Origin: Paramicrosporidium saccamoebae KSL3
Taxonomy: Eukaryota; Fungi; Cryptomycota
Direction of reading: 5' to 3'
Length of the DNA stretch: 25,198 nt
Assembly: GCA_002794465.1 (NCBI GenBank)
Contig: MTSL01000175.1
Span: forward strand, 1-25,198
In this document: in pieces, positions 1 to 10,407 of the stretch
Layout of the letters: every line of letters starts with the position of its first letter
Numbering within the stretch: the stretch's first letter is position 1
Translations under genes and position numbers: made by a program
Notes under the pieces: generated by a model
Databases searched by the model: none
What the model was told of the DNA's origin: nothing
What the model saw: the letters and a program-made list of their open reading frames with translations, nothing else

Positions 1-692
1 CCCTTCAAGATGTTTGTGCACATGGACATTTCGCCACATGTAATGTCCACACCATATTCCTTGCAGATCCGTCTAAAGGGGAGATTTCCAACCGTTGTAA
101 GAGGGGCAAGATATGTCTTGTCCCTGAAATCAACTTTTTGCTTTTCTCCAAATGGATAGCACTCACCCACTTCTAGTCGGTCACCTTTTTCCTTGACCTG
201 CTTCATGAATGCTGCAGTCTCATCAAATTTCATCTCTTTCCTGCGGAACTTTCCGAGAAGCTTTGACGATTCTTCATAGCACTCTGCTTTGGGCATATCA
301 GTAGGATGGCCTGTGGCGTACCGACAGAGGATGCCGAAGCGACAAGTTCCGTTTACAAGAACACTCGGACAGGTCTCGCCAAGGTCAGAGGGGCGGGTCT
401 TGAGGAACTCTTCTTGATCATGATGGAAGCGACAACTTTCGCCTCGTTCACATGCATCACCTCTAGCCAGTGTTGGACAGAATCCGCTTGAGGCATTCTG
501 GCTCTGTTCACTACGGTTCACTTTGTTTCGGTTCTGGTGCTGGCCACGATGATGGTCCGTTGCTTGCTCGGTAGGAGGAGACACTCGAGGAACAGTTTTA
601 CGGTCGACATTTAAAAGATACTCTTTCTTGATGGGAACAACACCTGCTTCCCGTTCATTCGGTCTTTTTCCTAACAGAGAGTCGGTGGTCAT
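1..692 (-). CDS. DUS3: tRNA-dihydrouridine(47) synthase Dus3, 5' part (runs off the window edge)
   Basis: Manual translation from ATG at 692 gives one open frame to base 1: [26 protein letters not shown]..., two CCCH-type fingers ([21 protein letters not shown]; [23 protein letters not shown]), then [29 protein letters not shown], the start of the Dus3 catalytic domain. It is absent from the ORF track because there is no stop inside the window. Confidence 0.93.
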   Translation of the reverse strand, partial: MTTDSLLGKRPNEREAGVVPIKKEYLLNVDRKTVPRVSPPTEQATDHHRGQHQNRNKVNRSEQSQNASSGFCPTLARGDACERGESCRFHHDQEEFLKTRPSDLGETCPSVLVNGTCRFGILCRYATGHPTDMPKAECYEESSKLLGKFRRKEMKFDETAAFMKQVKEKGDRLEVGECYPFGEKQKVDFRDKTYLAPLTTVGNLPFRRICKEYGVDITCGEMSMCTNILK

Positions 693-748
693 GCACAGAT
701 TATTAAAGTACCCTGGCGCGCTTAAAGTTCCGGCGGAGTTGGGGTACT
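693..748. promoter_or_regulatory. 56-bp divergent intergenic region (DUS3/SNX4), putative bidirectional promoter
   Basis: Lies between head-to-head ATGs at 692(-) and 749(+). Promoter function is inferred from geometry only. Confidence 0.55.
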
Positions 749-2239
749 ATGGGCTCTCCCGACCTAAACATAGAGTCGGAGGGGGAGGGATACCAAAGCA
801 CTTTTTGGGAAGGCCAAGGACAGCAGGATTCGGGGCTCCAAGATGTACCCATTTCTGCAGTGCCGCAACATGTCAGGAGTAGCAGCTTTGCCTCGTCGCG
901 CACCGATGAGAGCGACAGCGCTTCTGCCTTCTTCCTTAACCCTGCGAGTGCCCCTTCCGTGTCTATCAGCAATCCCGAGAAACATGGGGATGGGTTTAAA
1001 GACGCTTATGTGACATATGAGATTACCACTGAGTTTCCCAATGATGAAAGATTTGTCGTTCGTCGACGCTACCAGGATTTCATATGGCTTCTTGGGAAGC
1101 TGTCAGAAGAGATTGACTGTGGCATTATTGTGCCACCAATACCCGACAAGAACAGGCTTGGCTTTATGGATAGGTTTAGTCCGGAATTTATTAGGAAGCG
1201 CCAGGTGGGTTTAGAGAGGTTTCTCCAAAGAGTCTTGATTCATCCTCGCCTTGCCAGGCACTCCTGTCTAAAGTCTTTCTTAACCAAGCCAATCCTTGGA
1301 ATCGATGATGTGCAAGCGTCTCCCAAAGTCGATAGTCCGACAACTGGAGTTGCTGCAGTTATTGAACAAGTCAGCGATGTCGTCGTCAATGCTTTTACAA
1401 AGACGAGGGTCATAGATGAAAAGTTTGTGGCCACGAAGAAGACTATTGGGGTAGCTGAGGGACATTTGGACAAGATCACTGGTCTGCATGGCAATTTGTC
1501 AATTTCCTTCAAGGGCCTCTCAGACGCCCTTATGGCATCTGGGCAAGCATTCTCCCAAGTCTCGTCCTCTGTGGGGCAGATTGAAAAGATTGTGTCGGCT
1601 GGGCTAGGTAGAGAATATTCCACTGACACTATACCGCTACGGACGACTCTCGGAGACTATGGGCAACTGCTCGAGGAAAGATCTGCAGTGGCTGCTCGGA
1701 TGGGCGAGGAACTGGACGTTCGAGCGCATTTACTGCTGATTGAATTGGGTCAATATTGTAGATCTGCTAAGAATGCCCTCAAATTAAGAGATAACAAGCA
1801 GTTTGAGTGGCAGGACTTGGCCGATCACTTAGAGAGTAGCAGGGAGGAGCTCGCACATTTATCTGGAGAGGCCACGTCTTCCACCGCAGGTGTCGGGGAA
1901 AAGATTCGCGCCAACAAGTCGGCCATGGTGAATTTTATAGCCGGACGCTTTGATTCTATGCGAGGGATCGATCCAATTACAGCTCGTGCGGACCGGATAA
2001 GGAAGCTTGAAGCAAAAGTCAAAGAACTTGAAGAGACCTCTGTGTCAAGCCAGGACCAGTCCAAGGAGGTTGATGCTATGATCGATTCAGAGTTTGTGGG
2101 ATTTACGTTGATGCTTTCCAAAGAAGTCAGAAGTGGATTAGTGCCAAGTCTGCGGGACACCTGGACCCAATACCATCAACAGGATCTTGAGTTGTTTTCA
2201 TCCTTTCTGAGGGACACTCTGGACGCTGAGCAGCCTTAG
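749..2239 (+). CDS. SNX4: Sorting nexin (PX + BAR), Snx4/Atg24-like
   Basis: PX motifs VRRRYQDFIWL, PPIPDK and DRFSPEFIRKRQVGLERFLQRV, followed by a helical BAR-like C-terminal half. The subfamily (Snx4 vs Snx41/Atg20) is assigned by resemblance. Confidence 0.8.
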   Translation: MGSPDLNIESEGEGYQSTFWEGQGQQDSGLQDVPISAVPQHVRSSSFASSRTDESDSASAFFLNPASAPSVSISNPEKHGDGFKDAYVTYEITTEFPNDERFVVRRRYQDFIWLLGKLSEEIDCGIIVPPIPDKNRLGFMDRFSPEFIRKRQVGLERFLQRVLIHPRLARHSCLKSFLTKPILGIDDVQASPKVDSPTTGVAAVIEQVSDVVVNAFTKTRVIDEKFVATKKTIGVAEGHLDKITGLHGNLSISFKGLSDALMASGQAFSQVSSSVGQIEKIVSAGLGREYSTDTIPLRTTLGDYGQLLEERSAVAARMGEELDVRAHLLLIELGQYCRSAKNALKLRDNKQFEWQDLADHLESSREELAHLSGEATSSTAGVGEKIRANKSAMVNFIAGRFDSMRGIDPITARADRIRKLEAKVKELEETSVSSQDQSKEVDAMIDSEFVGFTLMLSKEVRSGLVPSLRDTWTQYHQQDLELFSSFLRDTLDAEQP

Positions 2240-2617
2240 CCTGTACATGTACATTATGCATGGTGCCATTGTAATAAAAATTCACGAGATGATATCAGTT
2301 GAGCGGCTATGAGGGCATACTTGGAGTTGTAACATTGTGAAGTAGTAGAGTATTTGGTTTAGGGTTTGTTGGGACTGAGAGATTTAATGGAAAGGAATGT
2401 TAGAGGCACACATTGTGTGAATTGATCTGATCATTACTATGCTAAAGATTTTATCCATCAATCGGTAATAAACGAAAAGATTGACGCCTCAATGAGCCTA
2501 CATTTTAGCATCTTTCCCACTACGAGACAATATTCGCACTCTCACTCTCACCCCCACTCCAACCACGTAACAATACAATACAATCAGTGCATTTATTGAG
2601 AAAGCGCACTGGGAGTC

Positions 2618-3091
2618 TCAGTTGAGTGATCCGCTTACGCCGAGAATCTCTTTTAGATGGGCTTCAGAATACTGGTCCACCCGCTTATTGTTAATAAACT
2701 TGCGACGGTGGGCCAACCGTCCCGTCGTCTTCACGGGTGATTTGGTTTCCTTTACTTTGTGTTTTTTCTCCTTCTTTGACGGTTTACAAGCAGCCTCCGG
2801 GCCGGACTCTTCCGTATTAATCCTTTTCAAAATCGAGTCAAAGATGGTGAGCTGCTGATATGTTTCTTCTGTGGCATCTTTCTTGGTGACTCCCAGTCCA
2901 AGTGTGTCAGTCTTAAACTCCATCTCAAGATGGTCAGTCCCTCCGTCTTCGTTTTTGCCTAACCCTTTTCCCTCACTCCAGCCCATCTTCTGGAGCATCT
3001 TGTATCCAAACTTGCTTTTATCATCACCCCAAGTCTTGTTCTGGGGATCGGCCGCGATACGTTGCTTCCGCTTAACACCGGCTAATCCCAT
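2618..3091 (-). CDS. PXR1: G-patch protein Pxr1/PinX1 (rRNA processing)
   Basis: MGLAGVKRKQRIAADPQNKTWGDDKSKFGYKMLQKMGWSEGKGLG matches the Pxr1/PinX1 N-terminus and G-patch, followed by a Lys-rich tail. ATG 3091 is preferred over the track start 3157 because orthologues begin MGLA. Confidence 0.88.
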   Translation of the reverse strand: MGLAGVKRKQRIAADPQNKTWGDDKSKFGYKMLQKMGWSEGKGLGKNEDGGTDHLEMEFKTDTLGLGVTKKDATEETYQQLTIFDSILKRINTEESGPEAACKPSKKEKKHKVKETKSPVKTTGRLAHRRKFINNKRVDQYSEAHLKEILGVSGSLN

Positions 3092-3275
3092 GACCCCGGT
3101 AAGTCTGTGGTGCCAGAGAGTTAAATATTGTGAGATCCTATGAGATATATGTGGCATGTGTGGCTTTTGTGGTACGTGTTATATATAGCGCCTGTAAGAT
3201 GGCATCTCGGTGGATCCGTAATAGAGCATTTTCGTTATTATGCATCACAACTCCTCGGTCTCTACTTTGATGATT

Positions 3276-3996
3276 TTATTCGTGTAGTTGAGATGTGAAC
3301 AAGTCTGATCGAACAGGCGCAGTATATTGTTGCCGCGACCTCGCTGAATGCCCCTCATCTTCAGCAACACTGATTTTCTGGAACGAATCGAGAGTTTGCA
3401 GTAAGAAGGGTCGAATCTCGTTCAGTTCCAAGTGTCCTAGATTGTTCAACTACAGCTTACACATCAATTATATAAAACTACCTTCATGGGATTTCCGTCA
3501 ATCATGGGGAGACCCGCTTGGATCTTGGTGCTGCGTTGTTCGCGGAGTCTCTGGATGAGAACTCGAATTTGTTCTGCATTTGCAACATCCTCCGAGGCAC
3601 TTTACTATAAGCAAACCAGGAAAAGCCTACCATTCCAGAATCAGAGTGGCAATTTCAATGTAGTGGAATGGGACTGTTTGAAAGTTTTCTTTATCTTGCA
3701 CTTCGTCTTCAAGAAGACTTTCCAATCTAGCAACGTTGAGCCATTCGGGAGCAACCACTCGACACTGTATGGATCGTCGCAACTGCCGAGCGACCCACAA
3801 GGGAACTGTAGCGAGCTGATTTGTACAAAGGGGCCCGTAATCGTCCTACCATGTCAGACCTGAAATGTAGCAATACAGAGATAAAATGCAGAGTTCCGAG
3901 CGTTGTGCTTGGGAATATTTGAACCGATTCATTCTCTGCGAGAAATTGTACTTCACTTGCTGAGAAGTGGCCGACTAGCCCTTCCATGGCCACCAT
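3276..3996 (-). CDS. PSF2: GINS complex subunit Psf2; exons 3996-3877, 3845-3631, 3599-3482, 3449-3276 (208 aa)
   Basis: The spliced translation is open: FSASEVQFLAENESVQIFP...DDYGPL...VPLWVARQL...CRVVAPEWL...VPFHYIEIATLILECASEDV...IRVLIQRLREQRSTKI...LNNLGHLELNEIRPF, which are typical Psf2 blocks. Exon lengths 120+215+118+174 = 627 nt. Confidence 0.92.
3450..3481 (-). other. Spliceosomal intron, 32 nt (PSF2 intron 3)
   Basis: GTAGTT...GCTGTAG; removal joins PMK to LNNL in frame. Confidence 0.85.
3600..3630 (-). other. Spliceosomal intron, 31 nt (PSF2 intron 2, AAG acceptor)
   Basis: GTAGGC...CTTATAGTAAAG; the AAG acceptor restores the Psf2 frame (LEC-ASEDV), whereas the TAG 5 nt upstream does not. 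Confidence 0.8.
3846..3876 (-). other. Spliceosomal intron, 31 nt (PSF2 intron 1)
   Basis: GTATTG...CTGACATGGTAG with a CTGAC branch-like motif; removal joins HFIS to DDYGP. Confidence 0.85.
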
Positions 3997-4476
3997 CTGA
4001 AGAAAGGATAAAATAATTGTGAGGTTAGTACCAAGACCTGTTAAGGACAGTATCCATTTATAATTGACGATCCCAACGCGGATAGCTATCCAGTGTGTTG
4101 AGAGTGGTAGTAAACAATGGCAACTTTGCTAAAAATGTACTCTTGCGCACTAAAAGATTCTTAATCCCTAGCCCGTATCAATACCGTACCACAATCGTAC
4201 TCTTGCTAGAATGATGCTGACAAACCATGTGTGATTTATTAGCTTGTGTACTGCTATGCTATACTAGCGTCATGGATCATCCTGTTGTGTGGGCGGGGGG
4301 TGTGGGAGTATAATTACGCACTCTGTCAATATGGGTAAAACCTTAGTAGAGGGTCAATCCTCCCGCTTTCCGCTTCCGCTTTCTGCCTCTGACTCCTGTC
4401 TACATCTCAAACTAACTGTAGATTTATGTATACGAGTCTATGGATAATAGCATGCTTGTCTGATAAAGTGCAATTT

Positions 4477-5478
4477 TCACTCTGGATTGGCAAAGGCGGT
4501 CTCAAGACAGGTACTCGAGAACCATCGCATCGAGTCATCTAGGCTACCGTCAACAGTAGAACTTTTAGATAGCATGGCATTCGGGGCGGGGCCATTTTCA
4601 CGGGGAAAACCCCCAAAAGGAAGAAAGAGAGCGGCCGCTGCAGCAGCAGCATTGTTACTTGTCATCATCGCGTATTGAACGAAATCCATACCAAGAGGAA
4701 CTGGGGCGTCCTGCGCTTTGCTATTCTCATTATACAATCCTACCCGTGGCTGCTGCGCCTGCGATGCCGGTTGTGTTTGTTGCTGCATCTGTGGACCTCG
4801 GGGAAGGACTGGTGGGTAGTATTGATGCCATGCCGACTCCATAGTGTACTTGGGTAGTAGTGCTCTCGGCTTTTTGCCAGCTCCACGGAGTATCGGGATT
4901 CCATTCTGAGTCATATCCACCGCTCGATGGGAGCCATGCAACTTGTAATATAGTCCACATGCGTTACAGACCGTCTCCCCTGAAACGATTCGCCTCCACA
5001 ATGGAGTCTCTGTGGCATGGCAATTGCTACAAATGTCTGCACGGGTCTTCATCCGCTTGCTGCAACGATTCAATTGGAGTGTGATCGGACGCATTTTTTT
5101 GTGGGCACGGAGATAAAGTCCACAAGCGTTGCAAAAGAAGCCCTCCATCGCACGACGCCAAAACGGAGTCTGGGTTGTATGGCAGTTCTGACAGATACGG
5201 CCTGGCGAAGACATCCATGACTGCATATCGCCATTTAGGGAAGAGGCCTGTGGTGGCACATTGATTATTGTGTCGCCCTCTGTTATCGGTTTTGCTGGTG
5301 CCGACGAGGCACGCTGTGGAAAGCTTAACGAACTGTTTATCGCCTCCTCCATTGCCAACGCCCAAAATGCTGGATGCGTCGCTACCGGCATGGCCATGTC
5401 AATCAGCATGGTGTCTTCAGAGTAGCCACTCACCCCTACCTTATTCACATGCGTATTCTTACCCTCGGGAACCGTCAT
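4477..5478 (-). CDS. GATA-type transcription factor with two zinc fingers
   Basis: Fingers CQNCHTTQTPFWRRAMEGFFCNACGLY and CSNCHATETPLWRRIVSGETVCNACGLYYKLH, plus a Gln/Ala-rich C-terminus. The first ATG is at 5478; the frame stays open to a TTG at 5613, so the true start is uncertain. Confidence 0.88.
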   Translation of the reverse strand: MTVPEGKNTHVNKVGVSGYSEDTMLIDMAMPVATHPAFWALAMEEAINSSLSFPQRASSAPAKPITEGDTIINVPPQASSLNGDMQSWMSSPGRICQNCHTTQTPFWRRAMEGFFCNACGLYLRAHKKMRPITLQLNRCSKRMKTRADICSNCHATETPLWRRIVSGETVCNACGLYYKLHGSHRAVDMTQNGIPILRGAGKKPRALLPKYTMESAWHQYYPPVLPRGPQMQQQTQPASQAQQPRVGLYNENSKAQDAPVPLGMDFVQYAMMTSNNAAAAAAALFLPFGGFPRENGPAPNAMLSKSSTVDGSLDDSMRWFSSTCLETAFANPE

Positions 5479-5979
5479 GAGTGATACGGCTTCTAACAAC
5501 CGTAAGGGGAAATGTCCAAAGGGGGAAGGTATCTCAGGAACTGCTGAGCCCCGAGCCGTAATTTTTCCGTTTTCAGAGTGGCTGGGCAGAACAGACGCTG
5601 TTTTATTGGTCAAGGGGTAGTGTCCTCATGGCCAATCATTTGATTTCAATGGCCAGATTGAAAATGGGAATTCATCGATAAAGCTCATCATACGAGGACA
5701 TGGTTGCAATATTCTTACGGAATTGTTCAATGGACATGGTTTGCAGGCATAGGATGTCTTTTTGAGGATAAAATAGACTTTTTCTGTTTGCGCTTGAATA
5801 TATGCATGAAGTCATCAACGGGATAAATCCGAGTCGGTCTTTGCGGTTGTATCTGATTGGGATTGACGTGTGAGCGGACATGAAGGTCAGCTTCGAGCTA
5901 TAGTATTTTGGCATTCGTGTCTACACTTGATTAGCCTTTACGATCACAATCGTTTAATTGTGAAGCAGTGGAGTGCTTA

Positions 5980-6016
5980 GCTAGATGCTGGATGCTAGAT
6001 GCTAGATGCTGGATGC
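5980..6016. repeat. Heptamer tandem repeat (GCTRGAT)x5
   Basis: gctagat gctggat gctagat gctagat gctggat gc, read directly. Confidence 0.9.
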
Positions 6017-6186
6017 CGAATATTTGGTCCAGTATGAGAAGGAGAGTCAGAGGCGAGGAATGGAAATACCGACTCTCTACTTTTTGGATACTGTGCCGGA
6101 GAGTTCATACCAACCGGTCATGAATAGTTCTCTGCTGCAATTTATATTGACACCGCGGTAATACTCCCACCACGCAGCATAATATT

Positions 6187-6261
6187 CATGCCCGTTTGCG
6201 ATCACATTTGGTTAACATTCATGCTCATACCCGTTTGCGACCACATCTAGTTAGCATTTAT
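6187..6261. repeat. Imperfect 36-bp direct repeat, 2 copies, 39-bp period
   Basis: CATGCCCGTTTGCGATCACATTTGGTTAACATTCAT (6187-6222) vs CATACCCGTTTGCGACCACATCTAGTTAGCATTTAT (6226-6261): 30/36 identical. Confidence 0.88.
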
Positions 6262-6323
6262 AATCAAACTCAGCTTGCCACTCTAAATTATTGTTGGCTC
6301 TAGCAGCCAGGGCATTGAATGTG

Positions 6324-9300
6324 ATGGAGGAAGCACCGACAGACTTGGACCTTTTAAGACTGCGTGTTCTTGCCACGAGGAAACGAAACAAGTTAGAAGA
6401 GGGTGAAATATCAGACTCCTCCAAGAGTGAACGTCAAGCTCCCCCAGTTGGTACGTCTCCTGTATTGGGTGAAGGGTTCTACAGCTACACGGCGACTCGT
6501 CCCAGGAACCTCAAGAAGAAGCGACCGAAACTGCGCAATTCCGCTGGCTTTGGGGGAAATGTGAGAGAATTAACCGAAAGCTTTCTTAACGGCATGTATA
6601 TAGAGCAGATGATGAGCGAGTCGTTTAGTCCCCAGAGATGCATAGTCGTCCTGGACTCTGAAGTCGAGGAGGAAGACGAGGCTAATCGAGTATCTAGTCC
6701 GCTTGTTAATAGCATAGAAGGCAAATCATCAATTGAGGATTGCAAGTCATCGATCAAAGATTCCAATTCCTTCATGAGCAGCAAGTCGACAGAAGAACCT
6801 GCCAGCCAGTTGATTGTCAGTTCGGTTGAGGAGCCAACCAAACGGTTGATCGCCGTTTCGGCTGAAGGCAGTTTATTTGCTTCAAAGGTAGCACAAAAAG
6901 AAGTTGAGAAGCAGCAGGCACTGCTCGATTCCACTAAATCGGCGTTGCAGCAACTGGAAAGTGAAAAGACACTGCTGGGCTCAAAGTTTCAAGAGAATGA
7001 AGTATTGATCCGCGAAGCTGTTCAAAAGCAGCTAAAGCTGAAGAATCAAGTAAAGGAAACAAAGAGCCTCATCATGAAGGGAAAGGATATGAGGGCCGAC
7101 TTTGAGACCCGATTAGAAGTACTTTCAAAAGCCATTGCGAAAAAATCGAAACTTGTCGGAATGCTCGAATCCAGCATCAAGTCGAAAGCTGCTTCTGCTA
7201 GTCAGAGCTCATCTCCTATTGAGAGCGAAGAAGACACGGCATCTGCTGAAACCAAGACGAGCGACAGGGCCGTCCAGCTACTGAAATTGGAAAAGCATGC
7301 CCTAAAGGTCAAGCAAGACTTGATGGCAGCTCAAATTTCATTAATACAACAGCGGGCCGTCCGGATCAAGACACCCTCGCTGGCAGTGACCTCCAAGAGG
7401 CCTTTGGTTTCGGCTCTGGGGAAAGTGATGGCTATGAACCCAATCATGTCCGAATCTCATGCACTCTTACCCGCTGAGGATAATCCAGCCTGCGATGCCC
7501 TGCTTTCGGCTGCATTTCCGCCGCGGCTATTCAATCTAAGTGGGCACTTACTGGACTTGGATACAATTTCTTCAGTGGCGAGGGTATTATCGGGGTTGAT
7601 TGAGGACAAGATTTCTGTGAAATCTTCCAATGAGCAAGACACTGGTTGTGCTGATCAGGAAGAGATGCCAACCATATTTGTTACATTGCCAGCTGAGCAC
7701 GAGGCCATCCTACCACCCATATTTTCTCCCTATGACTCTCCGTTGAAAAGTTTCAAGTCTTATCGGTTTAGTCCCAATTTCACATACTCTGCTCCACATC
7801 AAGGCTTATTGTCCCGTACCTACACGAATCGAATCAATCCCGAAGTGCCAATTTGTTCGTTTGATTTAACAGGAAGATGTACTCGGAAAAATTGTGCAGC
7901 TCAGCACTTTCGTAGCATCTTTATGGAGGACTCTTCTATTTTGGAAGACTTTATGAAGACATTGCTATGTCGACCAATCAAAGCCCCATTCCGGGACCAG
8001 CTGCACTTGTTGACTCAGGTGAAAAACAAGTTCCTGGAAAAGTCGAACCGAGAAAAGCCACTTATTAGTCTGGTTGGGATACTCATAGATATGTACAGAC
8101 TTATGGAGCCAGGTCCTTTTAGCGTGTCTTTCAAGCGGCGATTACAAGAGTCAGGGAAATTAGACTTGACCTTCAAATCGATTCTTACCAATGTGAGAAA
8201 GGATGAAAAATTGGACGCTCGAAGGAGCTTTCTGGAGGGAATCTCAGATCTTTGCGATGGAGTGTTACCCAGATTATGGCGCTACTTTGACTCGAAGGAT
8301 GCATTCAAAGCCTGCCAAGAATCGGTTTCGGCCGATCCTCGCAGCGAGGCCCGCTGGCTAGAATACTTTCTTCTCACTTTGGCCGCGGGGAATATTCGTG
8401 ACCACGAAACGCTCATGAAAGCACGAAATGTCCTCCTGGCGGCACTTAAAGATGGGGTGCCTGATTCCGATTTGCTGTTGACGGTTCTAGTTGATTTCCA
8501 CACCAAGTTGTCTGAAGCCGTCCCATCGGCTCATATACAAAACTCCAAGACCCTGCATTTGGCCTTTATTGCCGGACAGGTAAGAGAATTCGATCAAAGG
8601 ATGTCTGATCTAGAATTGTGTATCAAGAGGGCCTCTAGCGAGTCATCGGCTGATGTGGTGGATGCATTGCTCGCCAGTGTCAAGGTTCTGTGTGATTTTG
8701 GACACGCTGACAATGCTCTGTCGTTGCTGCAAGTTTGTCTTGCCCGTACTGTTGATCCCAATTACCATGGTCTTATGAATCTCTCCGTTGTGCTTAGTGT
8801 TATTGAGCAGGTGCCATTCTCGGCCTCGGATGTTTCATATCTCGCCATGATGTACTTTTATGTTAGAGACACCCGGGTCTATCCACAGCAATCTTTCTTG
8901 TCCTTTCCGTTTGACATGATGAGGAGACTGGACTACCACTATTGCCAGCCTTGGAGCAAACCCGAGTGCTGGGCAGAAGACTTTGTATATTTACAGCAGC
9001 TATTTCTGACCTTGTTCTTGGAAGACAAGGACTCCCCAACATTAGTCTGGTGTTCTTCGAATCTGTTATCCTTGGCTGAAAAGTTGAAGATTTCTGTGGA
9101 CAGCATAGTACCCGAAGCAGTCAGTTTGATGGACTTGGCACCGTCAACAAAAGCCCAGATTCTTAGTGTTCAAGCATTTCACATCTTTGGGCCGGCTGAG
9201 ATGAATTTGGTGCAGTCACATCCGCTCATCCTACTGCGTTTCTTGGGGGTTGTTCTTCAGATGCCAGAAATTGAGCCAGTGAAGCAAGAACTAATTCACA

Positions 9301-10123
9301 ACTTGCTGAGGGCCTTTTGGAGCGATCTGTTAGGGATTCTTCTACCTGATGATCAAATGATCATTGCAATTAGAAGGGCTCTTGGGCAAGCTTCTGGAGT
9401 GTCAGTACTGGAAGAGACTAGCAGGGATCTGGGACACTTAAAAAAGGATCCATTCACGTGGATCCTGGCTACCATTTCGGTTGGTGTCTTTTCTGCTGCG
9501 CCGCAGCCATTAGGCGTCTATCAGTCTATTTTAGAATCTGCAATCACAAACGTGGGAGACTCGACATCAAGTCTGCTCATCCTGTCATGGTAAAGTTTTT
9601 ATATTGTTCTAAGTACATTTAGTATTGAAAGCATTGCAACGGTCGAGTCGCGGGAGGGGATATTCACACGGATGGCATCTTTGGCTGAAGATTCGCAAAT
9701 ATACCCAGAGGCCGTGGTTAGCCAAAGATGGAAGAGCAGTCCCTGGTATGGAAAGTTGGAAAGTCCGCTGAATGAGTTTGTCGCTCTCAACATTCCGACG
9801 GCTGATGACATGAATTCTCTGCTTAGTTCGCTCTACTCGGATCGAGTGGATCTGGTCGTCCCGTCCTCTCCATACCTCTCATTCAAGTACTCTCTAGGTC
9901 TTGGTGTGAACTAGATAGAATTCCTGTAGATCTGTCGCAGTCCTTTTCTATACTGAAAAGCAACCCCACCGACATAACTAGCTGGATTTTGTAGTCCTCC
10001 GCGCCAGTCCTGATTATTTCTAGATTCCTTCGAATGTGTGACAAGAGCTCCCTGGAAAAGTCGATCGAGACTGCAAAGAGTATTTTTAGATCTGGCAGTG
10101 TTTTAGAACGATTGTTCTCGTAA
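6324..10123 (+). CDS. Red1/ZFC3H1-like nuclear exosome adaptor (zf-C3H1); exons 6324-9589, 9623-9886, 9919-9990, 10024-10123 (~1233 aa)
   Basis: FSPYDSPLKSFKSYRFSPNF...YTNRINPEVPICSFDLTGRCTRKNCAAQHFR resembles the Red1/ZFC3H1 zinc-finger region. Also an N-terminal EEGEI motif, a coiled-coil-like segment and a helical C-terminal half. Three 32-33 nt GT-AG introns join the track ORFs 6291-9593 and 9672-9914 and extend the frame to TAA 10121-10123. The track start is TTG; the first ATG is 6324. Confidence 0.75.
9590..9622 (+). other. Spliceosomal intron, 33 nt
   Basis: GTAAAG...CTAAGTACATTTAG; removal fuses two open frames. Confidence 0.75.
9887..9918 (+). other. Spliceosomal intron, 32 nt
   Basis: GTACTC...AACTAGATAG; use of the distal TAG keeps the frame open. 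Confidence 0.65.
9991..10023 (+). other. Spliceosomal intron, 33 nt
   Basis: GTAGTC...CTGATTATTTCTAG with a CTGAT branch-like motif; removal gives SWIL-FLRM. Confidence 0.7.
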
Positions 10124-10407
10124 TTTTATGGACTAGTGGATGACATGAATGTGTCATTTGTAATAAAGGGATTCCTTTCTGTGAGGCTAGTGACAATTGA
10201 TACGTGGTGAGCCAAGAGCGTGATTAGATGAATCAAATAGTCCTATAAGAAATATTATGCCCCACAAAAGCAGTTCTCGTTAAGCGTGTGCGATGGCAGG
10301 TCCTGTACATAGGTAAAAGCCCCCAAGTCATAGCAAGACACTGTCAAACAGTATCCTATTATGATTGGTAATCCTGATAGAGATCCCACATCCCGGTGTT
10401 TCGAGGG

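Noticed and set aside
4024-4030. TACTAAC (minus strand) upstream of PSF2 suggesting an extra coding exon
   Set aside because: The candidate splice from an upstream ATG (near 4057) to the AG before 3996 is 41 nt, starts GTC and leads out of frame to a stop. At most it could be a 5' UTR intron.
5672-5914. 80-aa minus-strand ORF as an upstream exon of the GATA gene
   Set aside because: A GTAAGA donor-like site exists near 5718, but I found no 30-33 nt GTA...AG intron joining it to the GATA frame, and there are no recognisable motifs. It remains a possible uORF.
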